A stretch of DNA of 64,000 bases from Acanthaster planci (lineage: Eukaryota): assembly GCF_001949145.1 (NCBI RefSeq), contig NW_019091362.1:2549838-2613837 (forward strand), written 5' to 3'. A program made the translations under genes and the position numbers. Below the pieces are notes generated by a model. It was not told where the DNA came from. It saw only the letters and a list, made by a program, of their open reading frames with translations, and made no database searches. Below, in pieces: positions 55,907 through 64,000 of this stretch (the stretch's first letter is position 1; each line of letters opens with the position of its first letter).

Positions 55907-58518
55907 CTGTTGACTATTGATTCTGAAGGCAAGTGGCTCTATCCTGGTGGCTTGCTTTTGTTCAGGTTGCTAGTTTAACACTGGGCAGGTATGAAAGAAT
56001 GCTGCAGTCTGCACAAGGAAATTCAGAGACTGAACTTTTCTTTTTTAACATTTCAAACATTCGAAGGTACAGAGGGACTGTGAAACCAGAGCAGTTGGTA
56101 CTTTTTAACCACTTGTCAATGGCTTACTTTCAAATGTATGAAAAATTTAGCAAGCAAGTTTTTTTTTTAAGCCAAGAGACATTTGAAAAGTATTTGTACG
56201 ATATTTCTTAGCACAACCTCAAATTTTTCAACACCCTAGGGTGCACCACTGGACATTATTGGCTACCATGCATGCAAAATGACTAAATTGAAGTTCAACG
56301 CACAGTTTGCTTCAACAGATACCTACGACTGTGTCTTGTATGCCCATAATAAAGGGGCATTTGTGTCTTTTAAACGTCACCTGGTGCATTTGATGTTTCA
56401 TCAGCCAGCAGTGTCTACCGGTATACGTACATGTACATACAGCCTAGCCAGATCTTTGTGTGATGAAGCCCTTGTCAACAGAGGGCAGCATATAATGTGA
56501 CCACTAACAAGAACTCTTGAAGCTGTTTAGCTCAACAGTGATAAAACAACTAGGGTCTGCCCGTTTTAGGTCACAGTTGTGTTTTTTCCTACAAGTGGCT
56601 GCTAAAACTACATGCGTGGCTGGCCATCAGAACAAAAGTACCGGTAAAAGAACAATTCCTAAAATGTTAAAAATTCCACACTGCTATCACAACACCAAAC
56701 AAACATCCAGCTCTCTTTAAACTTAACGGGTACAAATGTACAGATTGAGGAAATTTGAGGTGAACAACCACAAAGTGTGATTTTTCAGCAAACTCTGGCC
56801 ACCCATACAAATTGTAGGCAAGATGAAAATGGTCTATTACAACCCCCGCCAACAAAAAAATCAACAGACTAATGCCTTAGAAGGTTCCAAAGTTGTTTTG
56901 AAAACATATACATGTATTCTGACAGGTCTGCTGTGTGTACTGGTATTTAATATTACTTTCAAAGCCACTTATTTTCCTGTTAATTGTACGTGGTACATTG
57001 ATAACGCACTGAACAGTGATACTGCCCTCAAGTGCCGAAGACTTGCATATGAATTCATTGCAGAAACAATGAACAAACAGCTATCTGTACACCCCCCACC
57101 CCTATACCTCCATCGATGCATTCAACTAGGTGAATGTTTAGCACCTGTTTGTTTAAACTTTGTTTAAGAAGGATATCACACTGGCATGAAGTGAGACACA
57201 GATCAGTTCTCCCACACTAATTGTCAATACAATACATGTATCACTTCAAATGTATGTGTGTAATTTTTTTCCCCTTTTCATACCAGAGGGGCCAAGGACA
57301 GAATGGAAAAAGCAAACTGAATGAGATGATTATGGGCATGGAAGTCCCTGGACGGTGCCTGCGTCTATGTAAACATTGCACTGGGGTATACCCAGGACTA
57401 TTAGAAGGGGAGACTGGAGATGCAATGGCTTGGGATTCCCAAACGGGATCCACAGACTGGGGGAGGACATGGGCTCTCCTCCCCTGAACAAAAATTGTTT
57501 GAAAGAGCATTGAATCCTACACTCTATCTGGTGCATTTTAAATAGCCAAACCAACAAATCCAAAAGTTCTCTTTTGTAGCCAATTCACTGGTAAAACAAT
57601 GGAGGATTACCAAGGATTACAAAAGGAAAGTTTGCTAAAACCACGGTGAGATGCAACATGAGTACCGCAAATGTGGAAACAAAATGGCACTTATCATCTG
57701 CCAATACATACTGCGACCAACCATTTAGGTTTCTAAGTCAGAAGTTGGTGATTCACTCTACATGTACAAGGCTCTTGTTCAAACCTCCAGACCCCCCACG
57801 TATGCCCACGTTGCAAAATACTGGTACCGGTACATTTGAAACAATGTAAGGGTTCATGTAGAATATGCCATGTCCAAAAGGTACAGTAAATTGTCAGCTT
57901 TTCCTCCTTTCATTACTAAGTTATGCTAACCACTGACGTTCATAGTGTACTTGGTAAGCTACCGCTAGCAATGCAGTGTTATAGTAAGGCAAGTCATGAA
58001 ATCATTTATCAGCAGATTACACAATGCACCATGACAAATTAAGTGCTGAAAAGATAGCACTGGAATTCTGCCTTGCATAAAACACAATGTTGATCGAGCT
58101 CCATACCAGTGACATTAAAAGGGAGTGCATACATAAAAAGTGTGTGGGCTGGGGCTGGTCAACAAATAAAAATGTAAATACAGGTAGGCAAACTGTACAT
58201 GACTCCTGTGCAATGACATTATCACCCACTTTTCATTCCTGAGGCCACAGGTACCTGTACTGAGCATTCCTACCCCCATGCTTCATCAGCTTTCATGAGG
58301 GTCGGCCCAATTGCCTGCGTACTGTACATAATGTGCCAACAGAGCATTAAAAACCAATGTTCACGGCCATTTATTGCACGCTGCATGCAAATCAGACTTT
58401 GGAATTTCTATTACAACCACTGGAACAGTACCAAAAACCAGAAGTGCACTGGACATGACCAAAATAATCAAATCTGAACACGGCACAAGCAAACTCTAAC
58501 TACATTCTGCTTAAATAT

Positions 58519-58803
58519 GCACTGAGTATACAGTGTGTATAAATATACATCGGTGTAACCCCGACACAAAGTACATTTTGAAATAGCTCACGGTACCCGC
58601 TGCGACATCTGACTCAAGCCGGCCAGCTGACCCCGGCAAACTTGGTTGCCGAGTGGTTAAGACTTCTGTACTACTATTAGGAGGTTAACTATGGGTTCGA
58701 ATCCTACCCAAGTAAGCTTGTGAATTTTTCATAGGCTCTCAGACAAGCACCGAGTATACAGTGTTCATGAATATACCGGTATGTTGGTGTAAGGGCAAAA
58801 CCT
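58519..58803 (+). mobile_element. tRNA-derived repeat (SINE-like) flanked by ~40-bp direct repeats
   Basis: A box TTGCCGAGTGG (58646-58656), B box GGTTCGAATCC (58694-58704) and acceptor-like stem ACTTGG/CCAAGT. The anticodon arm is non-canonical. Direct repeats GCAC(T/C)GAGTATACAGTGT...GGTGTAA start at 58519 and 58747. Confidence 0.8.
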
Positions 58804-61800
58804 GTAGTGTAGAATATGAGCTATACATGTACCAGTATCGCTCATGGCACTTTGCCACAGAATTTAAACGCAGGGGAACAAAGACTAACATCTGAGAGCA
58901 AATAACAGACATTTTGTTACATTTGCTATGGACCTTCCTTGAATCTTCCAAAATCCCACACTTAACAGGAATCTGATGACCTATCATTTTTATACATGTA
59001 CTTCAACTTCCAAGAAGCAGCAAACCCCATGGACTACATTCTACGTGTATATAAGTACATGTACCCTATTAAATAAGTCCAACAAAATCCTCCAAACCCT
59101 CTTGACAGATTTTGAAGGGTTCAGGAGGTTGAAAAAAATTTGTTCTGCTGATGCTGCAGACAAAAATTTGCCAAGGATTTATTGAATCCCTATGGTACCT
59201 CTTAAACACCAAAAACCCATGTTTGTTAATTCTGTTTATTCTACATGGAAGCAGAAATGCAAACACTGGTGTTTACGTTAGACTTACACCTGTCGGATAA
59301 GTTGACCCTTCCAGATCAAACTCGGCATCTTTAGATTTTCATTTCTGGGTGGATGAACATAATCATTAAATGCCAAACTGGACATATCAAAAAAGTGCAG
59401 GTACACGTAACACTGGTACCTTCCTTTTCTCACAAACATGGATTTGCAATTGCCATAGCAACAATCCAGGGACCCAGCACACTTGGGGGAAATTTGCCAT
59501 GAATAAAATGCGGACTGGCATGGATGCACAAGGGCGGAAATATCACGCAAATAAAAAAGAGAAAGAATTTCAGTTGGCTTTTTTTCTTTTACGGAATAAC
59601 AATAATAAAGAAAATTTAAAAAGTGCCGGTATCTGCCTAAATAAATATACATTAACCCTACCAGTCCCAAATCCTCCAATTTCGATATGATTTTACATAC
59701 ACCCTAGGGGTTCGGGATAAAGAATAACACTAATGAATACATTAAAGAACATGGAATAAAATGCTGTACTGAAGTAGACCACATTCTTTACATTTCATAT
59801 TATGGACCCCAGACAGGTTCTTCTCCTTTTTGGTTTGGAAAAAAAGTCTTTATTTTTAATTTCTACAGCAGATACCTCTTTCATTATTGAATTTTCAAGT
59901 TTCACATTTCACAATTCAATTCCACATTTTTTTGCAGCTAGATTCTCTTGGCAAACTCATCTCAATGAAGGTACATACATACATGTACATGAATTTTACT
60001 ATGAAAACGTCAATTGGTTCATAAACAAGCAAGACAACTCTCTCAGTCATATTATCCTTGGTCATTACCCAGACTTCTACTTCCACACATCCAAAGTAAA
60101 AAAATGTCCACAACGGAGCTTCTACAACAATACTGAACTAGATATGTAAGACTCTTAGAGGAGACCAGCTATAGATTTACCTCAGAAGCATATACTGGTA
60201 CAGCAGGCAAGACCCCTTTAATGGGATCTTATGGACTTTACTCATGAGGGACCACAAATATTAGCTCACTGGCTGGCCATGGTTCAGTGATGCTGCCGAC
60301 AACTAAATGGCTTTTAGGAGTAAATTATCCCACAGACATGACAAAGACGGCCCAGTATAACCTCACAAATTTCATTTTCAGACCAACAGATGAGGTGCCC
60401 CATTTCACATTTGCGTGAGCAAACACGACTGGCCCGTGGACTTTTTCTAGTTATTTGCCGATGACTTCAAGCATGATCATGGAAACGTTGGCCCCCTCCC
60501 CCCAGTGTGAACTCGGAATAATTTCCTCCTGCGGCATAATCTGCATGTGTCAAGTTCTTTCTGTTTGACTTATGCTGTGTATTCAGGCATATTCAGTGTA
60601 CTGCCTTGAAAAGTTAACATACATGTATATGAATGTATTTATGTCAAATGCATGAAAATGTATTCATGACTTCAACATACAAATGCTTTGAAACATTACC
60701 GTATGTAGGTCAATAAATGTGCATAATTTCGACCAACAGGCACCACTTACTAATGTTTATATCTCCGGTTCTCTGAATGGCGATTAATCCATTGAAGTCA
60801 TCAATTAAAGAGAACCTATTCAGATCAGGATTCTACAAGTCTTAAGGGACAATTTATTCTAAGCCTCAGGAATGTCACCTCATCTTTGTAAGTTTAGTCA
60901 CAATTGACTTGAAGTTGAAAAGTGGTCCTGAGACATGTCAAATCAAATTTGGAAGAACTTTCAAGAAAATACATTTCTTTAAACATAATCTCTCACTCTG
61001 AATCTACGTGTGGATGAATTGCCAATTTCAAACCATTACCATGGAAACCGGCACATTCAATAACTTCCACTCTCCCAAGTGTTAGTCAGTATTACTCAGT
61101 GAGTCTCAATGGTGTCCGGTTTCGTGCCCTAACGTCCTCACTCATGAAGAGGCCAACGATTCACCATCGACCCTCGCTAAAGAATTCCACTTTCCCTCTC
61201 TAAGAAGTGTTAAAACGCTATCCCCCTGGTCATGAATAAAACATTACAGCCCAGACGCCCCCCCCCAGATAGCGGTTATTGTTGACAATGGCCACTTGGC
61301 ATTACATGTACACCTCACCGGTACTTCTTACTGTTGCAACACCAAGTTCTTTTTGGTGAATCACCTCTGAGGTGTTAACTCTATGCTTCAGTCAAAGAAT
61401 GAGGAGTGTGACATGAATTATTGGGAACAAGCAGTAAACACAAATCTTTCGGGAATGTACAAGCACATGTAGTCTTGAACAGCAATGATACAAACTGATG
61501 CTCCTCTCACAAAGGAAAATTTGATTTATCCCTTCAAATCTCAGCACATCTACATGATGTATATATTTCATTCATGGCATACAGTTGTATATGCGGAGGG
61601 GGCGGGATAATTATTTTTGAGGTAGGGGGATGGGCTATTGAATCATTCCTCCCTTCCTCGCTTTATTGTGGTGAACACAAAATTAAAGCAGAGACTGTGA
61701 AGAATTCACGTGACTTACCAGCAACTGAGATGTCACTCAAAAAAAAAGGAAAATCGTCAACAAAGCTATAAATATACTATTCTGGTTTAAAATTCTGCCT

Positions 61801-63857
61801 GAATGTAGTAGATTAAAGATGTATATATCTATATCAAGAACACCGCCCACTTTTGTCATATGGTGTCAACCCCCCCCCTCATTTTTCAAATTTCCATGGG
61901 CAGGTATGTCATCCCTCTACAAATCCCCATCCCTCACCCAATTTCCGGCACATATTTACACTAGTGATTTTCATCCCACTGGTATCACACTTGACCAAAT
62001 TCAGGAGAAGTTCCATGATTCGGCAAAGTTTATCATCAAGTAAGTAAACTATATCACTCTGAACAACATGACCGATACACAGTTTTAGAGTCCTGCACGT
62101 TCCACCAACCATCAACAGTAATAAGACAAAGATTCGAAGAATACGTGAACTTGACAAAGTTACTTTGTTTAAAGTGAGTTCTCAAGAACATAAAAACAGA
62201 ATTTACCTCAGTTTAAGATTCTCTGCAGTACATGCACACGTAGAAAAATAACAGATACAATTCCCACGCCCGACAGGGGAAACCTCTCACAATTGGTGCA
62301 GGATGGAGATTGAGATTCGAATACTGTGAACGAACACGTGCCACTCAAGGTATTGGTACATATGTACATGTATGTCTTGGTCACAGAAACCTATAAGCAG
62401 GAACAGCTGATTGTAACAGGGTTAAAATGGAAAATTGTCCCTTCAACTCTCTTGTCTCCAAGATTGCCATCCTCTGGAGGTTTCGAGTCTCGAGTCCATG
62501 GGGCTAATGACGGGTGTGACTGGCAACACAGGAGCGGGTGGCTCTTAAAATTCCCAGCCGCTATCTCATTACTCAACATTTACATTCTGATGATCTCCGG
62601 GTTGGGAGACAAGAAGGCAAAATATGCACTAATTACCCTCACCCAGGATCTCCTGACAAGTTTCAGATCACCAGTGATATCAAAATATTGACCAATTTGA
62701 GGCCTTGTGGTGGGGGGAGGGTCTGCCTAATTGGGCAGTGGCCCTGGAGCTGAATGGACAGCATTTCCACAGAAGTTCACCTGCTCAAAGATTGCTGTTT
62801 TTAATTTGTTTTGGGGGTGCAAGTGCCTGCCTCTGTGTGTGTGAATAACTTCAAGGTGCAGGCTATAAGGACAGATGATGTACCGGTATGATATGTAATC
62901 TTGAAAGGAAACCTGCTGAACACCAGCTCCACCTCCTTCAAATCTATATGGACATTTTGGAGGATCTTGTCCCACTGAGGAATACAGACCCCATCCACTA
63001 TCACTGTTACATGTGAGGATTCACTGACAATCTGGCCCTTGAAGTGCACTCACCTTTACATCACATGTACGTACATGTACCTAACGTGGGTATTCATTTG
63101 TTTTTGAGGAGTTAAAACATAGAAAATGCTTAATGTTCCATCAATCAGAACATTATTTCAAGCTGGATTTTCCTTGATGGGTTCCATGACTGCTCCTCTT
63201 GATTTTGCCATGGATAATCATGCCCAAAAACGACCTGTTACAGTGTACATGTGTGCTTACCTATGGCAGTGAGATAGGACGCGAACCATTGAGTCCCTAC
63301 AGGGAAAACACAAAATGTGACCAAAATGTGACGTCATTATGTTTTAATTGAACTGCCTCTAAAAACTGTGTTTTCAAGTCCACACAAGGCTCACGCAACC
63401 TGCATTATGTGGACATAAAACAATCTCTTGGAGTGTGTTGCTGAGTTCCTGCACATTGGTTGGTTTGGGATTCAGGAAGGCCCCGAAGTACAGACTTGAC
63501 CCAACCTAAAAATAAAATGAGTAACAAGTCGCCAGAGCAACTGGTTAAAGGATTTTCAATATACCTTGCACAAAAATAAATAGGAACCCTCATCAGGATG
63601 TCAAACTAAGTTATGTGCATGCACAGGTGCTTGTACATGTACATCAAGACAAGGAGTACAGTTCTCTCTTTCTAAATGAAAACCGGAACAAAATTACTCG
63701 ATAAAAATCGTTTAACAATTCTTTTTGTGGAATCCAGTCACAAATTCTTGGGGCTCTAAAACTGACTGAGTACATTACAACAGAATGTCAACATTGTCAA
63801 TTAGAATGGGAAAATTTGTGGGAAAAAAAATCATTTCACATCACACACACATTTCAC

Positions 63858-63985
63858 AAGGTGTGAACATAATTTCCCACTTGTATGAAAAGGTGTGAAA
63901 ATTTTTCCCTACTTGTGTGGAAATGTGAAAACATATATTCCCACTTGTGTAAAAATCTATGAACATTCTTTTCCCAAATGTAGGA
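63858..63985. repeat. Degenerate ~32-bp minisatellite, 4 units, may continue beyond the window
   Basis: Units start at 63858, 63890, 63922 and 63954, with a core resembling GTGAA...TTCCCACTTGTG. Confidence 0.75.
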
Positions 63986-64000
63986 ATATTTGTGAATGTG

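Noticed and set aside
58640..58713. Functional tRNA gene
   Set aside because: A and B boxes are present, but the anticodon arm has an ~11-nt loop and the stems are imperfect. It is embedded in a repeat, so it is treated as tRNA-derived.
59779..59797. miR-1-like sequence on the minus strand (TGAAATGTAAAGAATG)
   Set aside because: It has a seed mismatch, a divergent 3' half and no precursor hairpin.
61719..61724. 6-nt minus-strand microexon (TCTCAG|TTGCTG|GTAAGT)
   Set aside because: A competing AG lies between the T-tract and the acceptor, and there is no supporting evidence.
21..63593. All ORFs in the supplied six-frame track
   Set aside because: They are short, often start at non-ATG codons, have Cys/Phe/His-rich random composition, show no recognisable domain and form no consistent exon chain.
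1044..63597. Hammerhead ribozyme cores at CTGATGA/CTGAAGA occurrences
   Set aside because: None of those inspected has a closing stem II followed by GAAA. This was checked by eye only.
63858..63985. CRISPR-like array (32-bp periodicity)
   Set aside because: The units are contiguous and degenerate with no unique spacers, there are no cas genes, and the context is eukaryotic.

Overview
This is AT-rich, CpG-depleted eukaryotic DNA with no recognisable protein-coding gene. All listed ORFs are short (<150 aa) and look random, and there is no rRNA, intact tRNA, CRISPR array or operon. The repeat content (TACATGTA-rich background, and a tRNA-derived repeat with GAGTATACAGTG...CATCGGTGTA terminal repeats) resembles invertebrate deuterostome genomes, most likely an echinoderm such as a sea star. 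That taxon call is from recollection, not a search. The + strand looks A/C-rich by eye, which fits a giant intron of a minus-strand gene; a gene desert is the alternative. Well-supported features: two non-autonomous hAT elements with perfect 8-bp TSDs (12221-12925, 14924-15426), two oppositely oriented copies of a ~175-bp palindromic MITE (28925-29100, 47760-47934), a MITE with a tandemly duplicated right end (45378-45693), two tRNA-derived repeats, and several tandem repeats and perfect palindromes. Most interesting signals: (i) strong enrichment of TA-NNNN-TA palindromes that look like Tc1/mariner excision footprints, with one caught as a 6-bp insertion in one of two paralogous repeats; (ii) a ~228-bp-period element whose tRNA-like Pol III promoter lies between direct repeats; (iii) weaker hints of a recursive splice site, an internal minus-strand promoter with non-coding exons, and several enhancer-like motif clusters.
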